Made by a program: the position numbers and the translations under genes. A model generated the notes under the pieces. It made no database searches and was not told the DNA's origin. It saw nothing but the letters and a program-made list of their open reading frames with translations. From IMG/VR virus record IMGVR_UViG_3300032285_000379: DNA of 20,000 nt, one strand, 5' to 3'. Positions 1 to 8,352 of the stretch are shown here, one piece after another. This DNA is from an uncultured virus (IMG/VR IMGVR_UViG_3300032285_000379). Its lineage: Duplodnaviria > Heunggongvirae > Uroviricota > Caudoviricetes. How positions within the stretch are numbered: position 1 is the first letter of the stretch; each line of letters begins with the position of its first letter.

Positions 1-293
1 TGAGGAAGACAAATGAGAAAGCTAAAACTGCTGCCCAAGAGCGCGACGCTGCTATTACTGCTGGCACTTACCGGATGCGGGTTCCTGTCCAAGCGACCTG
101 CCCCGTACCAGCCACCGCAGATTCCTCAGCTCCCGCAGGAGATAACCGAGGAGAAGCTAGAGCCGAGCTTGACCCAGCGTTTGGAAAAGCTCTTTTCCAA
201 TTAACCGAAGAAGGCGACCGCGCCATCAGGCGTTTGAATGCTTGTATCAGTTTGTACAACCAAGCGATTGAATCGCAGAAGGGAATTAAATAA
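1..293 (+). CDS. Rz: Rz-like inner-membrane spanin (i-spanin), 5' truncated by window edge
   Basis: Frame 3 is open from position 3 (RKTNEKAKTAAQERDAAITAGTYRMRVPVQATCP...EEGDRAIRRLNACISLY), so ORF 75..293 is only its C-terminal part. The Rz-like C-terminus has two Cys, the frame contains a lipoprotein gene in another frame, and the stop overlaps the endolysin start (TAATG). Confidence 0.85.
   Translation, partial: RKTNEKAKTAAQERDAAITAGTYRMRVPVQATCPVPATADSSAPAGDNRGEARAELDPAFGKALFQLTEEGDRAIRRLNACISLYNQAIESQKGIK
13..204 (+). CDS. Rz1: Rz1-like outer-membrane lipoprotein spanin (o-spanin), nested in Rz
   Basis: GAGGA RBS at 2-6. Basic N-terminus, hydrophobic stretch and lipobox LALTG-C, then a Pro-rich segment (PAPYQPPQIPQLP). 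Fully embedded in the i-spanin frame, as in lambda Rz/Rz1. Confidence 0.88.
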   Translation: MRKLKLLPKSATLLLLLALTGCGFLSKRPAPYQPPQIPQLPQEITEEKLEPSLTQRLEKLFSN

Positions 294-757
294 TGCAACT
301 CTCAGCCAACTTCAGCCTGCATGAGCTGACCAAATCAGAAACTGCCCTGCGCATGGGCTTTGACAATACCCCCCGTGATGCCGAGACAGAGAGCTTGCGT
401 TTGCTGTGCGAAAAGGTTCTTCAGCCCGTGCGCGACCACTACGGCAAGGGTGTCAAGGTGAACTCTGGGTTCCGCAGTCCTGAGTCAAATGCAGCAGTGG
501 GCGGAAGTAAGACCTCAGACCATTGCAAGGGCCAAGCAGCCGATATTGAGATACCCGGAGTCCCTAACGCCGAGCTTGCCCAGTGGATCATGGATAACTT
601 AGAATACACCCAGTTGATACTGGAGTTTTACACTCCGGGCATTCCAGACAGTGGATGGGTGCATGTCAGCTACGACCCAGACAACTTAAAGAAGCAGGAG
701 TTGACCGCCATGAAAGTCGCTGGTAAAACTCAATATGTTCCCGGACTCGTAGCCTGA
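293..757 (+). CDS. Endolysin, peptidase M15A-type Zn D-Ala-D-Ala/L-Ala-D-Glu peptidase fold
   Basis: Motifs NSGFRSPESNAAVGG, SDHCKGQAADI and WVHVS supply the H, D and H zinc ligands typical of Peptidase_M15_3. Adjacent to the spanins. Confidence 0.9.
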   Translation: MQLSANFSLHELTKSETALRMGFDNTPRDAETESLRLLCEKVLQPVRDHYGKGVKVNSGFRSPESNAAVGGSKTSDHCKGQAADIEIPGVPNAELAQWIMDNLEYTQLILEFYTPGIPDSGWVHVSYDPDNLKKQELTAMKVAGKTQYVPGLVA

Positions 758-761
758 TGCC

Positions 762-3140
762 ATGCCATTACAAAAAGTACTGTTTAAACCCGGTGTAAAC
801 AAGGAAAACACCCGCTACACCAACGAGGGAGGCTGGTACGACTGCGACAAGATTCGCTTTCGTCAAGGAACTCCTGAGAAGATTGGCGGGTGGCAACAGA
901 TTTCCACTTACACATATGAAGGAACTTGCCGTTCTTTGTGGTCTTGGGCCTCATTGGGCGGCATTATCTACATAGGGGTTGGTACTTACGCAAAGTTTTA
1001 TATTGAGCAGGGCGGGGCTTATTACAACATAACTCCCAACCGGGCAGTACAGATGGGCTTGAGCGGCCCATTTGCGGCAACTTACAACTCAACAACAGTA
1101 ACCGTTACAGACGCAGCGCATGGATGCGCTACTGGAGACTACGTAAACTTTCTTGGTGCGGTTGCGTTGAGCAATCAAACGTTTACACGATCCACAGCCA
1201 CAAACTTCACATTAACCACGGCGCTGGTTGCAAACACTCCGGTGCGTTTATACACATCTACCGGCGGCTCTTTACCGACCGGCTTGCTGGAAGGCGTTGA
1301 GTACTACATCAAAGTGGTATCTGGCACAACGGTTCAGTTTGCTTCTGTTGTTGGTGGATCTGCCATCACCACAACCACCGCAGGCTCAGGCACTTTCTAT
1401 CTGTATGTAAACAGAGGTTTAACGGCAGATGTATTGAATCAGAGCTTTGCAGTCACAGTACTCACTGCAAACACATACACAATCACAACCCCTGTTGCAG
1501 CCGGTGTGTACGACACAGGAAGCGGTGGAACTGTAAACGCTTACTATGAGATTCCAATAGGAGCTGATGAGCCGCAGGCTATCAGCGGCTGGGGTGCAGG
1601 ATCATGGAGTTCTGGCGCTTGGGGCATAGGAACATCAAGCATTACAGGCGCACGAATTTGGTATCAGAATAACTTTGGGCAAGACTTGGTATATGGTTAT
1701 CGTGGCGGTGTTATGTACTATTGGAATCAATCTTATGGTACTTACCCAAGCGCAGTCACTATTACTATTGCCACTCCGGGTGTTTTTACATACCAATCAG
1801 CCGTTCTTATCAACGGCATGGCGATAACTTTGTCTACAACTGGAAGCCTGCCAACAGGCTTGACTTCAGGTACGGTTTATTATGTTGGAGGCGTATCAAG
1901 CACAACGTTTAAACTGGCAACAACTTATGCCAACGCAATTGCTGGGACATACATAACCACAAGTGGAACGCAGAGCGGTACACATTATGTAATATCAAAC
2001 GGCATTCCGGTCACATCCTTGGGTGGCGCATCAGATGTTCCTGCATATGTGAATCTGGTGATGGTGTCAGATGCCAGCCGTTTCACCATTGCATTTGGAT
2101 GCTCCGCATACGGAGCAACAGACACACAAATAGATCCGATGTTGATTCGTTGGTCAGACCAAGAATCAGTGGTTAACTGGACTCCTGCGGTGACAAACCA
2201 AGCGGGTTATCTAAGGCTGTCCCACGGATCGCAGATTGTGACCGCTGTGCAGACCCGTCAGGAGATTGTTGTCTTTACAGACACATCCATGTATTCGCTC
2301 CAGTACCTTGGCCCACCCTATGTGTGGGGTTCTCAGCTTTTGGCTGACAACGTTTCTATTGCTGGGTACAACACAGCCATCGTGGCTTCTGGTGTTATCT
2401 ATTGGATGGGAGTAGACAAGTTCTATAAATACGATGGTAGAACTCAGACATTGCGCTGCGATCTGCGTCAGTTTATTTATGGCGACATCAATCTTGACCA
2501 GCAAACCCAGTTCTTTGCTGGAACAAATGAGGGCTTCAATGAGGTCTGGTGGTTCTATTGCACCGCAGGATCTATGGTGATTGACCGTTATGTCGTCTAC
2601 AACTACGTAGAAGATGTTTGGTATTACGGATCTATGGGCAGGACAGCATGGCTGGATTCCGGTTTGACAAACTACCCTGTCGCAGCCACATACAACAACA
2701 ATCTGGTTTTCCATGAGTATGGGATTGACGACAATGCAACCAGCACAACCCAGCCAATTGAGGCATACATCACCTCATCGCAGTACGACATTGGCGACGG
2801 ACACAATTTTGGGTTTGTTTGGCGTATCGTGCCTGACCTTACCTTCCGTGGATCGTCTACCTCTGGGGAGACTCCGCAAGTCACAATGTACTTATTGCCG
2901 CTTCAGAACTCAGGATCTGGATACAACGATCCGGTTGAATCAGGCAATCAGTCTATCGGCGGGGTCAGCTATGCCAACGTAGACCGTATCGGTACGTATA
3001 CGGTGGATCAGTTTACCGGGCAGATCTACACAAGGGTGCGTGGTCGCCAGATGGCTCTGAAGATCTCATCCAATCAGATCGGCACAACATGGCAGCTTGG
3101 CGCTCCTCGTATTGACATCAGACCGGACGGTAGACGCTGA
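762..3140 (+). CDS. Tail hub / packaged-DNA stabilization protein (P22 gp10 / T7 gp12-like beta-propeller) with inserted beta-rich domains
   Basis: 792 aa, rich in beta-strands and aromatics. Motifs IRWSDQE, AGYLRLSHGSQIV, EVWWFY, YNYVEDVWYYG and a terminal R-GRQ...WQLG-PRIDIRPDGRR are typical of podoviral gp10-like proteins. First gene of a tail/ejection block. Confidence 0.75.
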   Translation: MPLQKVLFKPGVNKENTRYTNEGGWYDCDKIRFRQGTPEKIGGWQQISTYTYEGTCRSLWSWASLGGIIYIGVGTYAKFYIEQGGAYYNITPNRAVQMGLSGPFAATYNSTTVTVTDAAHGCATGDYVNFLGAVALSNQTFTRSTATNFTLTTALVANTPVRLYTSTGGSLPTGLLEGVEYYIKVVSGTTVQFASVVGGSAITTTTAGSGTFYLYVNRGLTADVLNQSFAVTVLTANTYTITTPVAAGVYDTGSGGTVNAYYEIPIGADEPQAISGWGAGSWSSGAWGIGTSSITGARIWYQNNFGQDLVYGYRGGVMYYWNQSYGTYPSAVTITIATPGVFTYQSAVLINGMAITLSTTGSLPTGLTSGTVYYVGGVSSTTFKLATTYANAIAGTYITTSGTQSGTHYVISNGIPVTSLGGASDVPAYVNLVMVSDASRFTIAFGCSAYGATDTQIDPMLIRWSDQESVVNWTPAVTNQAGYLRLSHGSQIVTAVQTRQEIVVFTDTSMYSLQYLGPPYVWGSQLLADNVSIAGYNTAIVASGVIYWMGVDKFYKYDGRTQTLRCDLRQFIYGDINLDQQTQFFAGTNEGFNEVWWFYCTAGSMVIDRYVVYNYVEDVWYYGSMGRTAWLDSGLTNYPVAATYNNNLVFHEYGIDDNATSTTQPIEAYITSSQYDIGDGHNFGFVWRIVPDLTFRGSSTSGETPQVTMYLLPLQNSGSGYNDPVESGNQSIGGVSYANVDRIGTYTVDQFTGQIYTRVRGRQMALKISSNQIGTTWQLGAPRIDIRPDGRR

Positions 3141-4018
3141 TGGCTACGTTTACACCCAAAACGCTTGACTTTACCAACCCGGTAGCGCCTAACTTACCAT
3201 TGGCTCCACAGGAGTATGAACGTCAGTTTCAAGATCAATTTGAAAACATTCTGCGTCTGTACTTTAATCAGCTTGATAATACGTTTGGCTCGTTACTTGG
3301 GCCAACCGGCGGCAAGTATTTAAAGTTTCCGTATGGTGCATTTCATCAAGATGGATACACAACTTTAACTAACGCTATACCAACTTCAGGGTCAACTGCG
3401 ACTATTGTTGTTGGTTCAACTGCTGGGTTTGAATCTGCCGGAACTATAATTATTCAAAAAGAGTTAATTAGCTATACAGGTAAAACTGCCACCACATTTA
3501 CGGGCATTACCAGATCGCAGTATGGTTCATCCGGCGCTTCACATGCCGCAGGTGTTTATGTAACAGAAGCTCAGGCAGTGCCTTCCGCAACTACGGCTTT
3601 AGCTGTTCCATTCGATACAACCGATTATAGTAATGAAATATCTTTAGATACCACAGATAGTAGTAAAGTTGTTTTTGCTGTTTCTGGGTTTTACAACATC
3701 CAGTTTAGTATTCAGCTTTTAAACGGTAAAAGTTCAATAGATAACGTAACTCTTTGGTTTAGGCAAAATGGTGTTGACATTCCAAATACGGCTGGAATTG
3801 CAACTGTTCCCATTGGCCCCGGCACTACTCTAGGCGCTACTATCGTAGCTTGGAATTTAGTTATATCTATAACTGCTGGTGATTATATTCAGTTGATGAT
3901 GGCTTCAGATTCTGGAGACACGGTAGCTGGCACTTACCCACCCGGAACAGCACCCGTACACCCGGTATCACCTTCTGTTATTTTTACTGCAACATTTGTG
4001 TCAAGGCTGCCATCATGA
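3140..4018 (+). CDS. Probable tail needle/plug or tail-tip protein with C-terminal C1q/TNF-like knob
   Basis: N-terminal amphipathic helix (PQEYERQFQDQFENILRLYFNQLDN). C-terminal jelly-roll pattern (SGFYNIQFSIQL...LWFRQNG...ITAGDYIQL). Follows the gp10-like gene with a TGATG overlap, the position of gene 26 in P22-like phages. Confidence 0.6.
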   Translation: MATFTPKTLDFTNPVAPNLPLAPQEYERQFQDQFENILRLYFNQLDNTFGSLLGPTGGKYLKFPYGAFHQDGYTTLTNAIPTSGSTATIVVGSTAGFESAGTIIIQKELISYTGKTATTFTGITRSQYGSSGASHAAGVYVTEAQAVPSATTALAVPFDTTDYSNEISLDTTDSSKVVFAVSGFYNIQFSIQLLNGKSSIDNVTLWFRQNGVDIPNTAGIATVPIGPGTTLGATIVAWNLVISITAGDYIQLMMASDSGDTVAGTYPPGTAPVHPVSPSVIFTATFVSRLPS

Positions 4019-4024
4019 TACGAT
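3996..4024 (+). promoter_or_regulatory. Candidate sigma70-type promoter with extended -10 upstream of the ejection-protein genes
   Basis: TTGTGT (3996-4001), a 17-bp spacer, TG at 4016-4017 and TACGAT (4019-4024). It overlaps the upstream stop and lies at the largest intergenic gap of the + strand block. GAGG RBS at 4044-4047. Confidence 0.4.
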
Positions 4025-4052
4025 CAACTACCCCTGTTTAAATGAGGCAAAT

Positions 4053-5774
4053 ATGAGTTTACAGCACACTGCCAACAACTTAGCTGCTCATGGCAGAGGC
4101 CCGGACACGATCCTTGTCCACATGACTCCCGGAGAGCTGAAGAGTTTAAACGACTTGGCGATGGCTCACGGCGGGCATATCACTATCAACCCTGATACGG
4201 GTTTACCCGAAGCAGGCTTCTTGTCATCCATTCTTCCTATGGTTGCTGGCGCAGCACTTGGCCCGGCAGGTATGGGTTTATTTGAATCTGCGGGTATGGC
4301 TGGCCTTGGTGTAGGCGCTTTAACTGGATTGGCTACAGGCAGTCTTTCTAAAGGCTTGATGGCTGGCATGGGCGCTTATGGCGGCGCAGGTTTGGGTGAA
4401 GCGTTGGCTAAATCAGGCATGGAAGCCTCAACAGCGGTGGAAGCACAAAAGCAAGCATTAGCAGAATCCAATAAAGCATTAGCTGACGCAGCACAACGAA
4501 ACACATTGTTCCAAGACTCCACAGCCTTAAAACCTGAACTTACATCGCAAGGCGCAGATTTAATGGCAAAGCAACAAGCCGCAAATCAAGGTTTGAGCAA
4601 TGTCGTGGAGAATGCCAGACAGTCCTATGCCGATAGCGGGATCATGGGCAAATTTGGCACTATGGGTGAAGGTCTGAAAACAGGCTTTGGCAATATTGCA
4701 AGCAATGCCGGTGGCAATATGGGCTTAGCTAAATACGGGTTGGCTGCGGCTGCTCCTGCTATTGGGGAAATGATGCAACCCAAAAAGCAAGAGCCTATGA
4801 AGATGGACAACAATCCCGGACAACAATATAACTACACGCCCGGCACGTTGCAAGGGCCGTATACAGCCGACCCAAGCGGTAGAGAGCGGCAGTATTTCAA
4901 TCATCAGTACACCCCACGATATGCTGATGGCGGTACGGTTGAACCGGGTACTCCTACGAAGTACTCCTATGACCCAATGGCGCAGATGTTCAATAAAATT
5001 GAATCCACACCATCGGATGACCAGAATAAACAAAAAGCTGAAACCCAAGCACAAATAGAACATAGCAGTGGCGGGAAAAATGCCAATTCTTATACCCCGC
5101 CGGGCGATCCGTCAGGTTTTCAAACGCCCGGAGAATTAGCTTCCAATAGAGCAATGTTTTTACCAACTGTTTTGAATCTTTTAACGCCATTTCCAATTAA
5201 ATTAGCAATGGATGCTCTTGGCGTTTCACCATTTGGATCAACTTCATCCGGCGGTGTAAGCAAAAGCAGTGGAAGTCCTATGGCTGGCGTTTCGTTTAAA
5301 GGTGATGTTGGTCAGGTGGCTAATGCCGTAACAACGGGCAATCTTGCAGCCGCCGCTGGTGGTAGTGGCGGCATGGGTAATGTTGGCATTGGTAATGGCG
5401 CTACAGCATCTGGCGTAGGAACAGGAATTGGTAGTGTTGGAAGTAGCGGCGGCGGCTTGAAAGACGGCGGTTTATCTGATGGTCACTTCAACCTTGGCGG
5501 TTACTCAGACGGCGGCAGATTATTGCGTGGCCCCGGTGATGGCGTATCAGACTCTATTCCTGCGACCATAGGTCATAAGCAACCAGCTCGACTGGCTGAT
5601 GGTGAGTTTGTTGTACCCGCTCGGATTGTTTCTGAGTTGGGCAACGGATCAACTGAAGCTGGCGCACGCAAGCTGTATGCCATGATGGACAGAGTTCAGT
5701 CCGCACGCAGTAAGACCGTCGGCAAGGGAAGAATTGCAAAAAACAGCAGGGCTGATAAGTATTTGCCAGCATGA
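4053..5774 (+). CDS. Probable internal virion / DNA ejection protein (573 aa)
   Basis: Start moved to ATG 4053 (GAGG RBS upstream). N-terminal GRGPDTILVH...INPDTGLPEA domain, then Gly/Ala hydrophobic helices. The C-terminal RGPGDGVSDSIPA...LADGEFVVPA domain resembles the C-terminal region of tape-measure proteins. Confidence 0.7.
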   Translation: MSLQHTANNLAAHGRGPDTILVHMTPGELKSLNDLAMAHGGHITINPDTGLPEAGFLSSILPMVAGAALGPAGMGLFESAGMAGLGVGALTGLATGSLSKGLMAGMGAYGGAGLGEALAKSGMEASTAVEAQKQALAESNKALADAAQRNTLFQDSTALKPELTSQGADLMAKQQAANQGLSNVVENARQSYADSGIMGKFGTMGEGLKTGFGNIASNAGGNMGLAKYGLAAAAPAIGEMMQPKKQEPMKMDNNPGQQYNYTPGTLQGPYTADPSGRERQYFNHQYTPRYADGGTVEPGTPTKYSYDPMAQMFNKIESTPSDDQNKQKAETQAQIEHSSGGKNANSYTPPGDPSGFQTPGELASNRAMFLPTVLNLLTPFPIKLAMDALGVSPFGSTSSGGVSKSSGSPMAGVSFKGDVGQVANAVTTGNLAAAAGGSGGMGNVGIGNGATASGVGTGIGSVGSSGGGLKDGGLSDGHFNLGGYSDGGRLLRGPGDGVSDSIPATIGHKQPARLADGEFVVPARIVSELGNGSTEAGARKLYAMMDRVQSARSKTVGKGRIAKNSRADKYLPA

Positions 5775-6232
5775 GTTACGTAATCACTTTAGAAAAGTTC
5801 ACCGATACATACTTGGAGCTTGAACCCTTGTATCGGCAGCACTATAAAGAGATGACGGATCGTTTAAACGCTGAAGGATTTGAGTATTCTCCGTATAACC
5901 CAAGGCTGGATGAATATGGAAATGCTTGTGAAAGAGGTGATTTGCTGACCTTTGTGCTTAGGCTAGAAGGTGTTGCCTGCGGTTACATCAACGTTTACAT
6001 ATCAAGAGATATGCATAACCAAGACTTAATCGCAATGGAAGACACCATTTTTGTGGTCAAAGAACATCGCAACGGAGTTGGCAAAAAACTTGTTCAGTTT
6101 GGGTTAGATGAATTGAAGAGCCGGGGAGTAAAACGGTTGCTTGTGTCAGCAATGACTGATTTGCGTGTGGCAAAACTTTGGGGCCGGATGGGCTTCAAAG
6201 AAGCAGCAACACAAATGATTTATAGATTTTGA
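5771..6232 (+). CDS. GNAT-family N-acetyltransferase (virion-assembly associated)
   Basis: Motif A (FVVKEHRNGVGKKLVQF) and motif B (LWGRMGF) of GNATs. ATGA-coupled to the upstream gene. Similar position to P22 gene 14 / T7 gene 13, next to the ejection genes. Confidence 0.85.
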   Translation: MSYVITLEKFTDTYLELEPLYRQHYKEMTDRLNAEGFEYSPYNPRLDEYGNACERGDLLTFVLRLEGVACGYINVYISRDMHNQDLIAMEDTIFVVKEHRNGVGKKLVQFGLDELKSRGVKRLLVSAMTDLRVAKLWGRMGFKEAATQMIYRF

Positions 6233-6241
6233 GGTTTAAAC

Positions 6242-8341
6242 ATGTGCCAATCGTCACCATCAGTTCCATCTAGCACCACATCAGTTGCAGAGTTGCCAGA
6301 TTGGGCAAAAGATTACGCTAAAGATACGTTAGCTAAAGGCGCAGCCTTAACTGACATCAACAAGAACCCATACCAAAAATTTGGCGGCGAGCGTGTCGCA
6401 GGGTTTCAGCCGCTTCAAGAGCAGTCGTTTAAAACAGTAGCCGGTTTAGATGCTGGGCCAGAAGGCTTCTCCAAAGGCATTAGCAGCTACATGTCTCCGT
6501 ACATGCAGAATGTGGTGGACATTGAGAAGCGTGAAGCTGGTCGTCAGTCCGCTATTGCTGGCACTCAACAGCAAGCCCAAGCCACACAGGCTGGCGCTTT
6601 TGGCGGCGGCAGAGATGCAATCATGCGTGCGGAGCGTGAACGCAACCTCGCTCAGCAAATGGGTGACATTCAATCCAAAGGCTCTCAGGCCGCATTTGAG
6701 CAAGCAGCCAATCAATTCCGTCAGGGCGTTACTCAGCAATCAGGTCTTGCTGGACAGCAGGCTGCACTTGGTCAAGTCCAACAACAGCAAGCTCAGCGAC
6801 CAATGGATATTGCGTATCAAGATTTTTTGAACCAGCAAAACTATCCATACAAGCAAATTGGATTTATGTCCGACTTGATTCGTGGTTTGCCACTGGGTCA
6901 GAAGTCCACTCAACAGACGTACGAAGCCCCGGGTAGTTTGATGGGCCAACTTGGTGGTTTGGGTATGGGTGCGTACGGCTTGTCCAAGATGGGAGCATTT
7001 GCCGAAGGCGGATTGACCTATGCAGATGGCGGCGTAACCGACCCCAACAATATTGAATCAATTCTTGCAAAGCTAAGCGATGCACAATTGCAACAAGCCA
7101 AGAAATCCGCTCTTGACCGCAGAGACATAAATGAAGCTCAAATGATTGATGCAGAAATTGCCAAACGGGCAAATATGCGTCAGTCCACTCCGCCAAACAT
7201 GGGTGGTATTGCCCCCGCAGTGACAGATCAATTCGCCAACGACATGGAACAAAACATGGCAACCGGCGGTATTGTTGCTTTTGCTGATCGTGGCGTGGTT
7301 ACCGCAGGTGATGATTACAGCCATGAGGGCATGAGGACATCTGACTCCATCAGTGTGCCTAAAGCTAAAGCCAAAACAGCCGCAGTTCCTGAGTCTATTA
7401 AACCTGCTGTTACCGCCCTATCTCAGCAAACTGGGCAACCAGAAGAAGACATCATGGCTAGAGTTCCCGGCCTGATGGATATGTTCCAGAAGCAATATGC
7501 TCCTTTGATTGAGCAGCAAAGGGCTATGGTTGAGCAATCTAAGCCTGATACACAGGCTATGAAAGAGCAAGGCTTGGCTCAGGCGTTAACTCAGTTTGGT
7601 TTCAAGATGGCGGCTAATGCCGCCCGTCCCGGAGCAAGATTCTTGGAAAGCGCATCTGCTGCAACCCCAGAAATCTCCAATGCAGTGATAGACATGAACA
7701 AGTTAATGTCTGCCAAACAAGACAACTACAACAAGATGAAGATGGAGCAGGCAAAGTATGAGAACGCTTTGCAGATTGGCAACATGAAAGATGCCACCGT
7801 CTTGGCTGGTCAGATCCGTCAAAGCCAACAGACCGACAAGCAGATCAGAATGCAGCAAGACCAGCTTGCTGAGCAAATCCGTGCGCATGGTGTTAGTGAG
7901 AGTCAAACTGATAGACAACTTGGCATCATGGCTCAAAATGCCGCCACATCTGCGGCTAACAAACCAGAAACATTGCAAGGACTTGCTGCCTTGTACATGA
8001 AAAACAATCCCGGCATGGACTTCAACACCGCTATGGAGAAAGCCTCCAGAAGCAGATACGGCATGTCGGCAGACATCAGAAGCAATACAGCCTTACTGCA
8101 AGCGCAGGAGAAGGCCAGAGAGGCTGTGGATAAGTTGCCAAAGTACGCAATACTTGGGCTTATGTCTCCATCTGACCCCAAATATCCAGCCTTAAAAGCT
8201 GAATATGAACAAGAAATCGCAGCAAGAACACAGGCATTGATGCCACAAGATAGCGGCATTAGCTCGGCCTTGCCAACCACAAAAGCTCCAGCAGGCGGAG
8301 CGACTATCATGCGATTTGACTCCAAAGGCAACCCCATTTAA
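6242..8341 (+). CDS. Probable DNA ejection / pilot protein (699 aa)
   Basis: Gln/Ala/Met-rich and helical. Contains YMSPYMQNVVD and GAFGGGR motifs, a Gly-rich hydrophobic segment (LMGQLGGLGMGAYGL) and a coiled-coil C-half. GAGG RBS at 6231-6234. Confidence 0.7.
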   Translation: MCQSSPSVPSSTTSVAELPDWAKDYAKDTLAKGAALTDINKNPYQKFGGERVAGFQPLQEQSFKTVAGLDAGPEGFSKGISSYMSPYMQNVVDIEKREAGRQSAIAGTQQQAQATQAGAFGGGRDAIMRAERERNLAQQMGDIQSKGSQAAFEQAANQFRQGVTQQSGLAGQQAALGQVQQQQAQRPMDIAYQDFLNQQNYPYKQIGFMSDLIRGLPLGQKSTQQTYEAPGSLMGQLGGLGMGAYGLSKMGAFAEGGLTYADGGVTDPNNIESILAKLSDAQLQQAKKSALDRRDINEAQMIDAEIAKRANMRQSTPPNMGGIAPAVTDQFANDMEQNMATGGIVAFADRGVVTAGDDYSHEGMRTSDSISVPKAKAKTAAVPESIKPAVTALSQQTGQPEEDIMARVPGLMDMFQKQYAPLIEQQRAMVEQSKPDTQAMKEQGLAQALTQFGFKMAANAARPGARFLESASAATPEISNAVIDMNKLMSAKQDNYNKMKMEQAKYENALQIGNMKDATVLAGQIRQSQQTDKQIRMQQDQLAEQIRAHGVSESQTDRQLGIMAQNAATSAANKPETLQGLAALYMKNNPGMDFNTAMEKASRSRYGMSADIRSNTALLQAQEKAREAVDKLPKYAILGLMSPSDPKYPALKAEYEQEIAARTQALMPQDSGISSALPTTKAPAGGATIMRFDSKGNPI

Positions 8342-8352
8342 ACGAGGAAACT

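Noticed and set aside
75..293. 72-aa ORF as an independent gene
   Set aside because: The frame is open to the window start, so it is the C-terminal part of the i-spanin.
3996..4052. TTG start at 3996 for the 592-aa ORF
   Set aside because: It overlaps the upstream gene and lacks an RBS. ATG 4053 has GAGG and begins the recognisable domain.
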